From contig CACYLI010000001.1 in assembly GCA_902775285.1 (NCBI GenBank), positions 143,251 through 207,250 of the forward strand: a stretch of 64,000 nucleotides of DNA, written 5' to 3'. A program made the translations under genes and the position numbers. The notes beneath the pieces are model-generated. The model was given only the letters and a program-made list of their open reading frames with translations. It was not told the DNA's origin and did no database searches. Source of the DNA: an uncultured Erysipelotrichaceae bacterium. Its GTDB lineage: Bacteria; Bacillota_I; Bacilli_A; RF39; UBA660. Within the stretch, counting starts at the first letter, position 1. Each line of letters starts with the position of its first letter. Below are positions 30,781-40,059 of the stretch, piece by piece.

Positions 30781-31645
30781 TATTTACCATATTAAAAAAT
30801 TCTTTTTCTAAGTTATTTTTATTTTCATAAATTCTATAAACATTTATATTATTTCGTATTAATTCTTTATTTAAACTACTTATAATATCATCTGATTCAT
30901 ATACTTCTAGCTCTTCATTAATGCAATAATTATCTAATAATAATCTTGCTTTTGAAAAATCATCTACTTCAAAAACAACATCTTTTTTATGCGATTTTAT
31001 ATTATTATGTTTAATATCTATAATACTACCATTATTTATAAAAATAACTTTATCACATAAAGCTTCTATTTCATTTAACATATGTGAAGATATAAGAATA
31101 GTTGTATCCTTCATACTTTTAAGCATATCTAAAATATTTTTAATTCCTCTTGGATCTAATCCATTAGTTGGTTCATCTAAAATAAGTATTTTAGGCTTAC
31201 TAATTAATGCATTAGCAATTCCAAGTCTTTCTTTCATTCCAAGAGAATATGTTTTAAATTTTTTTCCTAAAAACTTTTCCATTTCTACTATTTGCACTAT
31301 TTCTTTAATAGTTTCATCAGAAATACCTTTAAACATAGATTTAAATAATTTAAGATTAGTTTTACCTGATAAATTTTTATATAAATCTGGTGTCTCTATA
31401 AGAGTTCCTATAATTGACATAGCTTTTTCAAAATCATTTTTTAGATTATATTCATAATAATATATTTCTCCACTATCATATGAATATAAACCAGTCATTA
31501 TTTTTAATAATGTTGATTTTCCCGCTCCATTAGGACCAACTAAACCTACAATTTCTCCTTCATAAATATCAAAATTAATATCTTTTAATATCTTTCTTGC
31601 ATTAATAGATTTATTCACATTTCTAACTTTAATAGCTGTTTTCAT
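30764..31645 (-). CDS. ABC transporter ATP-binding protein (exporter type)
   Basis: 293 aa. GPNGAGKSTLLK, YSLGMKERLGIA, LILDEPTNGLD. Confidence 0.9.
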   Translation of the reverse strand: MKTAIKVRNVNKSINARKILKDINFDIYEGEIVGLVGPNGAGKSTLLKIMTGLYSYDSGEIYYYEYNLKNDFEKAMSIIGTLIETPDLYKNLSGKTNLKLFKSMFKGISDETIKEIVQIVEMEKFLGKKFKTYSLGMKERLGIANALISKPKILILDEPTNGLDPRGIKNILDMLKSMKDTTILISSHMLNEIEALCDKVIFINNGSIIDIKHNNIKSHKKDVVFEVDDFSKARLLLDNYCINEELEVYESDDIISSLNKELIRNNINVYRIYENKNNLEKEFFNMVNNDKSN

Positions 31646-31818
31646 ATATTTTTCCTTTCATTTTTTTAAGTATACAAAAACATTTATTATTAAATCAAAT
31701 CTATATATTTTATTTTTTTATTAAAAAAAATCATGAAAATACATTTTTTCTTATGTAAAAAAATAATATTTAAAGATTATTACTCCATAAATATTATTTT
31801 TAAATTAATTATAAAAAA

Positions 31819-32793
31819 TTAAATATCACTTAAATCAAGATTTTCTTCATTAATTAAATCTTTAAACTCAATTTTAAATCTTTCAATTTCTTTTTTCTTT
31901 GAATCTTCATATATAACTTTATTTCTTACTATTGCTTTATAAAAATGTTTTAATTTAACCTCTGGTGAATTTTCATATAAAGCCATTGAAAAAGCACTCA
32001 TTACAATAGTTAAAGCTATATCTGGATATCTATTTCCAATTTCATAAATACGTTTATATTCATCTGTCATTTCTACTATAAAAGTAAATATTTTTTCTTT
32101 AATAAAATCTGTATAATTAATTTTAACACCTGTTCTTTTTTCATATTTAGGATATGTACCCATCAAAATATTAACACATTCTTCTTTGTTTGGTTCTTGT
32201 ACATCTACTCTTAAAAAACGTCTTAAAAATGCTCTATCTCTTAAAATATATGTTTCAAATTCTTCATTAGTTGTAGCTCCTATCATTTTAATATCTCCAC
32301 GATCCAAACCAGGTTTTAACATATTAGCAAAATCTATATTCATATTAGTTGTATTTCTATTAACTAATAAATGAACTTCATCAATAAATAAAATAATATT
32401 TTTTTTAGTTTTTAGTTCATCAACTAATAACTGTAATCTATTTTCACTTTGACCATTTACAACTGTTTCTCCAAGTAAACTAGAAATATTAATTTTAATT
32501 AATTCATAGTTTTTTAATGCATTTGGTATACTACCATTAACCATTCTATATCCAATTCCCTCAACAATAGCAGTTTTACCTATACCAGCTTTACCAACTA
32601 ATAAAGCACTTTTTTCAGGAGTTAATAAAATTTCAATAGTTTGTTCTATTTCTTTATCTCTTCCTATTGCTGGATTAGTAATGTATTCTTTTTTACTTAA
32701 ATTTTCACCAAAAGTTTCTAGGATACTATAATTATTTGTAGTATGTTTTTCCTCTTTTTTATTGAAATCTAACACTTCTATTTCTTTATCCAT
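31819..32793 (-). CDS. stand-alone AAA+ ATPase resembling the D1 module of ClpA/ClpB
   Basis: 324 aa. [17 protein letters not shown] (Clp-type pre-Walker motif), Walker [10 protein letters not shown], Walker [26 protein letters not shown]. No N-domain, D2 or ClpP-loop. Confidence 0.7.
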   Translation of the reverse strand: MDKEIEVLDFNKKEEKHTTNNYSILETFGENLSKKEYITNPAIGRDKEIEQTIEILLTPEKSALLVGKAGIGKTAIVEGIGYRMVNGSIPNALKNYELIKINISSLLGETVVNGQSENRLQLLVDELKTKKNIILFIDEVHLLVNRNTTNMNIDFANMLKPGLDRGDIKMIGATTNEEFETYILRDRAFLRRFLRVDVQEPNKEECVNILMGTYPKYEKRTGVKINYTDFIKEKIFTFIVEMTDEYKRIYEIGNRYPDIALTIVMSAFSMALYENSPEVKLKHFYKAIVRNKVIYEDSKKKEIERFKIEFKDLINEENLDLSDI

Positions 32794-32853
32794 ATTAACA
32801 CCTCACTAACACAATAATTTTATCAATTTTATATATAAAAGTCCATATTTTTG

Positions 32854-32882
32854 TTGACAAATCTAAATTCATATCATATAAT
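32854..32882 (+). promoter_or_regulatory. consensus sigma-A promoter of tRNA-Asn
   Basis: TTGACA (32854-32859), 17 nt, TATAAT (32877-32882). 13 nt before the tRNA 5' end. Confidence 0.75.
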
Positions 32883-32895
32883 ATCTTATGTAGTT

Positions 32896-32971
32896 GCCCG
32901 ATTAGCTCAGTCGGTAGAGCGCACGGCTGTTAACCGTTAGGTCGTAGGTTCGAGTCCTACATCGGGCGCCA
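32896..32971 (+). tRNA. tRNA-Asn (anticodon GUU)
   Basis: 76 nt. Acceptor GCCCGAT/ATCGGGC, D-arm GCTC-AGTCGGTA-GAGC, anticodon loop CTGTTAA, T-arm GTAGG-TTCGAGT-CCTAC, encoded CCA. Confidence 0.93.
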
Positions 32972-32982
32972 TTAAGAAATTA

Positions 32983-33008
32983 ACTCAAGTATTCTTGAGT
33001 TTTTTTTT
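32983..33008 (+). terminator. intrinsic terminator after tRNA-Asn
   Basis: ACTCAAG-TATT-CTTGAGT followed by TTTTTTTT. Confidence 0.8.
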
Positions 33009-33022
33009 ACATATTATTTATT

Positions 33023-33400
33023 ATGAATAAAGTATTTGATGAAATATTTAATATAAATCCAAAAGTATCTACATCTATTGCATTCATACTAGGAATGATT
33101 TTAGTATCTGATTTAGATACATCAGAGCAAAATATGCTTGGTAATTTTATTTATTTAGTTGGACAAACAATTCTAACTAATGCAGCTAGTCAACACTTAA
33201 TTGAGGCACATATTGATGGACAAAGAGCAAATATAAATTCAAAAGAAGTTAAATGTGCATATAATCCATTAAAGTATGACATGAAAAAAATAAGGAAAAT
33301 ACTTAAACAATATTATCCAAATAGTAGTGAAGAAATAATGATTTTACAAAAAGCCATAAAAGAATTAAATAATAAAATTAATCAATTAAAAAAAGATTAG
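33023..33400 (+). CDS. hypothetical protein
   Basis: 125 aa. One hydrophobic segment (STSIAFILGMILV), helical C-terminus. No recognised motif. Confidence 0.45.
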   Translation: MNKVFDEIFNINPKVSTSIAFILGMILVSDLDTSEQNMLGNFIYLVGQTILTNAASQHLIEAHIDGQRANINSKEVKCAYNPLKYDMKKIRKILKQYYPNSSEEIMILQKAIKELNNKINQLKKD

Positions 33401-34674
33401 TCTTGAATAACTAATCTTTGACTATCTTTAGAATTAATAGTAATTTTTACTACATATCTTGATAATTCATCATTATCAAATACTTTTCCTTCTTTTAAAT
33501 CATCCATATATACACTAAGTCTATCCCTATTATCAAGTTTTAATGAAATATAAACATTATTTGATGTTTGTTTAATATAATAATCATAATAACATTCATA
33601 ATACTTAACTTCAACTTTAACTTTATCTTTTAATGTATCATCATAATTAATAGTATATTGAGTTTTATAATTACTATTAAAACTAACTGTAAACTTTTGA
33701 TCTGGATCACTAGGTAAATTATAAGTATCAAATTTATTTGTCATACTATATTTAATACTTACATCTTTAACTGTCTTAATTTTAGAAACTTGATTTATAA
33801 AAAGAACTATTCCAAATGCAATTATTATCAATAATACAACTATAATTATAAGGTTTAGTTTAAGACTATTCTTTTTCTTAAACACAGCTCTATTAATCAT
33901 AATAATAATCCAAAGTAGTAATAAATCAACACCAAATAAAACAATATTAATTCCTATAAATCTAACTTTATCTAAATATGCAAATATACTTGCAATAAAT
34001 ACAACTGTAACCCATAACCAAATAAATAATAATAATACTGTTAAAATAACACCTAATGTTCTTAATATTATACGTTTATTTCTATCTTTTTTACTTTCAA
34101 ATATTTTCTTTTCAGGAACTATTTCACTTACTTCACTTATTTCTTCTTTGATATCTTCTATAACTTCTTCAACAACTTCTTTAGGTTCTAATTTTTCTTT
34201 TTTCTTTAAAGAGATATCTTTTGTTATAAAAGAAGAAAAACCTTTTAGTGAATCTTTAAATGACTTTTTATTATTTTTTTCTTTAATTTCTTTTTTAATC
34301 TTTTTCTTTTCTTCTTTTAAATCTTTCTTTAATTTCTTCTTTTCTATCTTTAATTGTTTCTTTAAATCTTTTCTATTCTTTTCTAATGATTTATCTATGC
34401 TAGATTTATTATTCTTCTTTAATCTTCTTTTAATTTTACTTATTTTATTTTTAACTCTATCTTTAAAAGATTCTTTTCCTAACAATTCAATTTCTTTACT
34501 AGCAATATCTTTAGGATTACCTAATTCTTTTAAAATGACAGTTATTTTTTTATTTTTTTCTTTTTCTGATTTTATTATATCTTCATATTTCTTAATAATA
34601 ATCTGTCTATTTTTTTCACTAATATTATTTAAATTGTCTTCTAACTCTTTTAAAAATCTCTTATCCTTCTTCAT
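33397..34674 (-). CDS. DUF1700-like (HAAS-type N-terminus) membrane protein with K/E-rich linker
   Basis: Start taken at MKKDKRFLKELEDNLNNISEKNRQIIIKKYEDII (ATG 34674). ~150-aa Lys/Glu low-complexity tract, 3-4 TM helices, ~130-aa C-terminal domain. Confidence 0.5.
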   Translation of the reverse strand: MKKDKRFLKELEDNLNNISEKNRQIIIKKYEDIIKSEKEKNKKITVILKELGNPKDIASKEIELLGKESFKDRVKNKISKIKRRLKKNNKSSIDKSLEKNRKDLKKQLKIEKKKLKKDLKEEKKKIKKEIKEKNNKKSFKDSLKGFSSFITKDISLKKKEKLEPKEVVEEVIEDIKEEISEVSEIVPEKKIFESKKDRNKRIILRTLGVILTVLLLFIWLWVTVVFIASIFAYLDKVRFIGINIVLFGVDLLLLWIIIMINRAVFKKKNSLKLNLIIIVVLLIIIAFGIVLFINQVSKIKTVKDVSIKYSMTNKFDTYNLPSDPDQKFTVSFNSNYKTQYTINYDDTLKDKVKVEVKYYECYYDYYIKQTSNNVYISLKLDNRDRLSVYMDDLKEGKVFDNDELSRYVVKITINSKDSQRLVIQD

Positions 34675-34867
34675 AAAATCTTCCCCTAATAAATCATCAT
34701 TGCATTTAAAACAATAATATTTTAACATACTTTTAGAATTAAAAAAAGTTAAAATATATAACTTGTACTAAATTTATACACATTTTTATAAATATTATTC
34801 TTAAAAAAAGTTTTTTTTATAAATTAGTTATATTTTTTTATACTTTACATATAATAATAATATAATT

Positions 34868-34894
34868 TTAGCACTCCCTATTGACAAGTGCTAA
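34868..34894 (+). promoter_or_regulatory. CIRCE operator (HrcA binding site) overlapping the hsp20 promoter
   Basis: TTAGCACTC-CCTATTGAC-AAGTGCTAA versus consensus TTAGCACTC-N9-GAGTGCTAA (1 mismatch). TTGACA lies in the spacer (34881-34886) and TATAAT at 34903-34908. Confidence 0.85.
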
Positions 34895-34932
34895 AGATTG
34901 AGTATAATTATAAATGTAAGGAGATGATAATA

Positions 34933-35334
34933 ATGAGTTTATTACCAGGAAAATTTTATTTAGATGATTTCTTTGAGGATTTCGCACCAATGCCAAAAAT
35001 GAAAGGAATGGATATGAAATGTGACATCTATGAAAAGAAAGGTAATGTTCACATTGAATTAGAAGTTCCAGGATTTGACAAAAATGACATTAAATTAGAT
35101 GTTGATGATGGAATACTTACAATTGAAGCAACTAAGAATGAAGACAAAGAAGAAAAAGATGAAGAAAGAAACTATTTCAGAAAAGAAAGAGTTTATGGAA
35201 CTGTTAAAAGACAATTCAATGTAGGTAACATTGATGAAAGTAAAATTGAAGCAAAATTCGACAAAGGATTATTAAAAATAACATTCCCTAAAGAAGAAAA
35301 GAAAGAAACAAAGAAATTTATAGAAATAAAATAG
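34933..35334 (+). CDS. small heat-shock protein, Hsp20/alpha-crystallin family
   Basis: Start at ATG 34933, 9 nt after AAGGAG. Alpha-crystallin core DIYEKKGNVHIELEVPGFDKNDIKLDVDDGILTI...F.R.F.L. 133 aa. Confidence 0.9.
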   Translation: MSLLPGKFYLDDFFEDFAPMPKMKGMDMKCDIYEKKGNVHIELEVPGFDKNDIKLDVDDGILTIEATKNEDKEEKDEERNYFRKERVYGTVKRQFNVGNIDESKIEAKFDKGLLKITFPKEEKKETKKFIEIK

Positions 35335-35344
35335 TATAAAACAA

Positions 35345-35372
35345 AAAGAAGTAATAAATTTATTACTTCTTT
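35345..35372. terminator. bidirectional terminator between hsp20 and ychF
   Basis: Perfect 28-bp palindrome AAAGAAGTAATAAATTTATTACTTCTTT. Confidence 0.65.
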
Positions 35373-36478
35373 TATTTTGTAACATTAAATCTAAAATAAC
35401 AAATATCTCCATCCTGCATAATATATTCTTTACCTTCTAATCTTGCTTTTCCAGCTTCTTTTACTTTTAGTTCACTTCCATATGTAACTAAATCATCATA
35501 ACTCATTACTTCAGCTTTAATAAATCCTCTTTCAAAATCAGTGTGAATTATACCTGCACATTCAGGAGCTTTCATGCCATCCTTAAAAGTCCATGCTCTA
35601 ACTTCATCACTTCCAACTGTAAAAAATGTTTTAAGTCCCAGAATATGATATGTAATATGTATTAATTGATCAAGTCCACTATTATTTATACCTAAATCTT
35701 GTAAGAATTCTTTTTTGCTTTCTTCATCTAATTCAGATAATTCACTTTCAATTTTAGTACACATCATAACTACAGATGATTTTTCTCTATCAGCTATTTC
35801 TCTTACTTTATTAACATATTCATTACCATTATTAAGTATTTCATCTTCACTAACATTAGCTAAATATATAAATGGTTTATTTGTAATAAGATTATATGTT
35901 TTTAAAAGCTTAGTTTCTTTTTCATCAAAATCAACAAGTCTAAGCATTATTCCATTACTTAGATTTTCTTTTGCTTTCTTTAATAAAGCAACTTCATATA
36001 ATCCTTCTTTGTCATTTGAAGTAATTGCCTTTTTTTCTATTTTTGAAAGTCTATTTTCTACTATTTCTAAATCACTTAAAATAAGTTCATAATTAACAAT
36101 TTCTATATCACGTACAGGATCAATATTCCCTTCTACATGAATAATATCTTTATTTTCAAAACATCTAACTACTTCTACAATTGCATCTACTTCTCTAATA
36201 TTAGCAAGAAATTTATTACCTAGTCCTTCACCAGTTGATGCACCTTTAACAAGACCTGCTATATCAATAAACTCATATTGAGTAGCTATTAATCTTTCTG
36301 GATTATACATATCATTTAATACTTCTAACCTCTTATCAGGTACTGTAACTACTCCTACATTAGGATCTATTGTTGCAAATGGATAATTTGCAGCTAAAAT
36401 ATTTTTTTTAGTAATAGCATTAAACAATGTACTTTTACCAACATTAGGTAATCCTATTATACCAGCTTTAAGCGCCAT
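35372..36478 (-). CDS. ychF: ribosome-binding ATPase YchF
   Basis: 368 aa. [27 protein letters not shown]-terminal TGS-like domain. Confidence 0.95.
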   Translation of the reverse strand: MALKAGIIGLPNVGKSTLFNAITKKNILAANYPFATIDPNVGVVTVPDKRLEVLNDMYNPERLIATQYEFIDIAGLVKGASTGEGLGNKFLANIREVDAIVEVVRCFENKDIIHVEGNIDPVRDIEIVNYELILSDLEIVENRLSKIEKKAITSNDKEGLYEVALLKKAKENLSNGIMLRLVDFDEKETKLLKTYNLITNKPFIYLANVSEDEILNNGNEYVNKVREIADREKSSVVMMCTKIESELSELDEESKKEFLQDLGINNSGLDQLIHITYHILGLKTFFTVGSDEVRAWTFKDGMKAPECAGIIHTDFERGFIKAEVMSYDDLVTYGSELKVKEAGKARLEGKEYIMQDGDICYFRFNVTK

Positions 36479-37997
36479 AAATTACACCCGGGTATGACCC
36501 AATTCCAATTGGAATTCCTATCATATACCATCCTAGTATTACAACTACAAATATAACCATAGATAATAAACTATATGGTACCATATATTTAACACTTCCA
36601 AATAATGTTATCATTTCTCCCTTATTATACTTTTCCAAAAATGCAATATAAATAACAAAATATACAAATACAGGTGTAAGTCCATTAGTTATACTATCTG
36701 ATAATACATATATAACTTGTGAAAATTCAGGACTAATACTTGCATTCATCATTAAAGGTACTATAGATGCAGATAATATTGTCCATTTAACTAAAGAATC
36801 AGGACACAATATATTTGCAATAGCAATCAATATAACAATAGCTAATATTAACCACACACCAGTAAATTTTAATTCACTAATTATATTAGATACTCCTGAT
36901 GTAAAAACAGCTCCTATATTACTCTCATTAAATACACTAATAAATAATGAAGCAAAGAATAACAATACTAATACATTACCAATCCCATCTAATGAATAAG
37001 CTAAACTTTCAGTAGCATCTTTACTATTTTTAATACTCTTAGTCATTAAACCATATCCAAAACCAACAAGAGCAAATAATACAGTTACTATAAATATAAA
37101 TCCTTGATTAAATAAAGAATTTGCTCCAAATAACATATCTATATATTTATCTGCATGATTATCAAGTAATGCTCCAGATAATGGTAATCCTGGAATAATC
37201 ATATATATTATAAATAATGTATAAACAATTCCTGCCCCAAGTCCAATTATTAAACCTCTTAATTCTTTATTAGTAATAACCAATTCATCTTCGTCACTCT
37301 CATATCTTGGTAATTTAGGCATTATTCTTTTTTCAGTTATATGTGTAAAAACAAAAGATGTTACTATTAATAAAACTATCATTATAAAAATAGAAAAGAA
37401 TATACCTATTGAATAAGATTGATCTATAGTTTTAGCAGCATTTAATGTAAGAGTAAGCAATGAACTATCATTTGCTGATAAAAACAAATTTATTCCATTT
37501 CCAAAAGAAAGAGATGCAAATGAAGCTATTATTCCTCCAAAAGGATTTCTTCTTCCATATTTAAATAAAAGTGCTCCTATAGGTAACATTATAACAAATC
37601 CAATATTTCCTAATAAAGAAAAACATAAACTTATAAATATTAGTATAAAAGTAATAGTATTCTTTTTAGTATTCTTTGTAAGCAGTGTAAAAAATGCTTT
37701 CATAAATCCAGTTTTCTCAAGTATACCTATACCTATTAAAACAATTATCAATGTAGATAAAGGAGCAAAAGAAACAAAATTACTTACTGCATTAGTAACT
37801 ACATATTTTATACCACTAGCACTAAAAAGATTTTTTACTTCCACTACATTATTAATAACATCATTAGTTGCTCTATTAATTGTTTTATATTCACTTTGAA
37901 CATTAAGTAAATTTAAAAAACCACTTAATACAATAGTAGCAAGAGTTAAAATAATAAATGTCATAATAGGACTTATTTTTTTTCTCTTTTTAAACAT
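36468..37997 (-). CDS. AbgT-family (p-aminobenzoyl-glutamate-type) transporter
   Basis: 509 aa, polytopic. Size and N-terminal topology match AbgT/MtrF. Family call from memory. Confidence 0.55.
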   Translation of the reverse strand: MFKKRKKISPIMTFIILTLATIVLSGFLNLLNVQSEYKTINRATNDVINNVVEVKNLFSASGIKYVVTNAVSNFVSFAPLSTLIIVLIGIGILEKTGFMKAFFTLLTKNTKKNTITFILIFISLCFSLLGNIGFVIMLPIGALLFKYGRRNPFGGIIASFASLSFGNGINLFLSANDSSLLTLTLNAAKTIDQSYSIGIFFSIFIMIVLLIVTSFVFTHITEKRIMPKLPRYESDEDELVITNKELRGLIIGLGAGIVYTLFIIYMIIPGLPLSGALLDNHADKYIDMLFGANSLFNQGFIFIVTVLFALVGFGYGLMTKSIKNSKDATESLAYSLDGIGNVLVLLFFASLFISVFNESNIGAVFTSGVSNIISELKFTGVWLILAIVILIAIANILCPDSLVKWTILSASIVPLMMNASISPEFSQVIYVLSDSITNGLTPVFVYFVIYIAFLEKYNKGEMITLFGSVKYMVPYSLLSMVIFVVVILGWYMIGIPIGIGSYPGVIYGA

Positions 37998-38191
37998 TAA
38001 TATTCCTCTACTTTCTTAAGTTTTTTATCAAATTCAATACGATCCATCATAATACTTCTACCGCATTTTATACATTTAATCTTAATATCAACACCCACTC
38101 TTGTTATTTCCCAAAGATTAGTACCACAAGGATGAGGTTTTTTCATAATAACTTTACTTCCTATTTTATAATCCTTATTCATATTAATCAA
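37997..38191 (-). CDS. DUF951 (YyzM-like) small protein
   Basis: 64 aa. KKPHPCGTNLWEITRVGVDIKIKCIKCGR. Conserved position between ychF and parB as in Bacillus. Confidence 0.75.
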   Translation of the reverse strand: MINMNKDYKIGSKVIMKKPHPCGTNLWEITRVGVDIKIKCIKCGRSIMMDRIEFDKKLKKVEEY

Positions 38192-39083
38192 CTTTCACTT
38201 CAACATCTAGTATTTCTAATATTCTTTCTAAATCTTTTTCACTATTAAAAGGAATAACTATTTTTTTATTAGATATTTTAACTTTATTTCCAACTTTTTC
38301 AGTAAATATTTGTGCAATATAATCATATTGTCTATTTACGACTCTATTAACTGTTGGATTTTTTCTTTTATAATCTGGATTACTTGCAATACTTTCTAAG
38401 TCTCTAACAGATAAATTTTCTTCTTTTACTCTTTTAGCAAGATTTCTTATTAATTCAATATCTTCTAATTTACTTAATACTCTAGCATGTCCCATTGATA
38501 TTAAGCCTTCTAAAACATCAGATTTAACATCTTCAGGTAGTTTTAATAATCCAATCATATTTGTAATATAACTTCTACTTTTACCTATTCTTCTAGCTAA
38601 TTCTTCTTGAGATATACCTAGAGCTCTTATTAAATTAGAATATGCTTGAGCTTCTTCTATAGCAGTTAAATCCTCTCTTTGAATATTTTCAAGTAATGCA
38701 ATTTGCATCATATCTTCATCACTAAAATCTTTAATAATAGCAGGTATTTTTGATAGTCCAGCCATTTCACTAGCCTTACATCTTCTTTCACCAGCAACTA
38801 TTTCATATCCATGAATACTTTTTTTAACTATAATTGGTTCTAATACTCCAAATTCTTTTATAGAAGTAGCAAGTTCATTTAATTTATCCATATCAAAATT
38901 CTTTCTTGGTTGATATGGATTACTTCTTAATTCACTTAATTCTATTTCTACAATATCTTCTTTTGGTGTATTATTAACTATTTCATTTTCAAATGACTCT
39001 AATGGATTAGAATATAATGATTCATTACTAAATAATTGTTCTAACCCCTTTCCTAAAGCTTTTCTTCTATTATTATTTTCCAT
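38184..39083 (-). CDS. parB: chromosome partitioning protein ParB/Spo0J
   Basis: 299 aa. RSNPYQPRK, GVLEPIIV, IVAGERRCKAS, HTH QEELARRIGKSRSYITN. Confidence 0.93.
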   Translation of the reverse strand: MENNNRRKALGKGLEQLFSNESLYSNPLESFENEIVNNTPKEDIVEIELSELRSNPYQPRKNFDMDKLNELATSIKEFGVLEPIIVKKSIHGYEIVAGERRCKASEMAGLSKIPAIIKDFSDEDMMQIALLENIQREDLTAIEEAQAYSNLIRALGISQEELARRIGKSRSYITNMIGLLKLPEDVKSDVLEGLISMGHARVLSKLEDIELIRNLAKRVKEENLSVRDLESIASNPDYKRKNPTVNRVVNRQYDYIAQIFTEKVGNKVKISNKKIVIPFNSEKDLERILEILDVEVKVD

Positions 39084-39858
39084 TTCTATCTATCACCTCT
39101 TTGGCTAAATTTAAATATGCTAAAGCCCCTTTGCTCTTAGGATCATATTCTATAATTGGTTTACCATGTGATGGAGCCTCAACTAACTTTACAAGTCTTG
39201 GTATTATTGTACTAAATACTTTTTCATTAAAGAACTTTCTAACATCTTCTACTACTTCAAGTCCAAGTAATGTTCTACCATCAAGCATTGTAAGTAAAAC
39301 TCCCTCTATTTCTAAATTTTGATTTACTTTCTTTTGAACTTGTAATATAGTTTTTAAAAGTAAATTAACTCCTTCTAAACTATAATACTCACATTGAATA
39401 GGAATTAATACTGAATCAGATGCAGCTAATGCATTTGTTGTTAGTATTCCTAATGCAGGAGGACAATCTATAATTATATAATCATATCTATCTTTAATAG
39501 TTTCGATTTGTTTTTTTAACTGACCTGTCATAATAAAATCTCTATTTTGATTACTTAGTTGAATGATTTCAATTTCAGCACCAGCTAAATCTATTACAGA
39601 TGGTATAACACTTAAATTCTTAAATGGTGTTTTTATAATTGCTTCTTTTATATCACAAGCACCCATTATAACATCATAAGTACTCTTTTTAATTTTTGCT
39701 TTTTCAATTCCAAGTCCTGTTGTAGTATTACTTTGTGAATCTAAATCAATTAGTAAAACTTTTTTACCTAAATGACCTAATGAACTAGATAAATTTATAC
39801 TAGTTGTTGTTTTCCCTACTCCACCTTTTTGATTTACTAATGATATTACTTTTCCCAC
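39073..39858 (-). CDS. parA: chromosome partitioning ATPase ParA/Soj
   Basis: 261 aa. Deviant Walker A NQKGGVGKTTT, IIIDCPP. Confidence 0.93.
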   Translation of the reverse strand: MGKVISLVNQKGGVGKTTTSINLSSSLGHLGKKVLLIDLDSQSNTTTGLGIEKAKIKKSTYDVIMGACDIKEAIIKTPFKNLSVIPSVIDLAGAEIEIIQLSNQNRDFIMTGQLKKQIETIKDRYDYIIIDCPPALGILTTNALAASDSVLIPIQCEYYSLEGVNLLLKTILQVQKKVNQNLEIEGVLLTMLDGRTLLGLEVVEDVRKFFNEKVFSTIIPRLVKLVEAPSHGKPIIEYDPKSKGALAYLNLAKEVIDRNGK

Positions 39859-39983
39859 TGCTATTACCTTCCTTATCTACATAATATTTTAACACACAAT
39901 ACCTTTTTATGAAATAGAAATATAATTTTTTTATTATTAATATTTTAATGTGTAAACTAAATAGTTGCTTTCCTATTATAACA

Positions 39984-40008
39984 ACAAAAAAAGTGATTTT
40001 CATCACTT
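39984..40008 (-). terminator. intrinsic terminator of the FAD/AMP-ligase operon
   Basis: AAGTGAT-TTTC-ATCACTT. T-run on the minus strand (A-run 39986-39990 on plus). Confidence 0.6.
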
Positions 40009-40059
40009 ATTTGAATAATTTACTATAAAATATTTTTCTAAATATTATTATGTATAATA

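Noticed and set aside
38184-40059. Search for parS (TGTTNCACGTGAAACA-like) near parAB
   Set aside because: I found no convincing 16-bp parS match by eye in or around parB/parA. The sites may lie elsewhere. No feature is reported.
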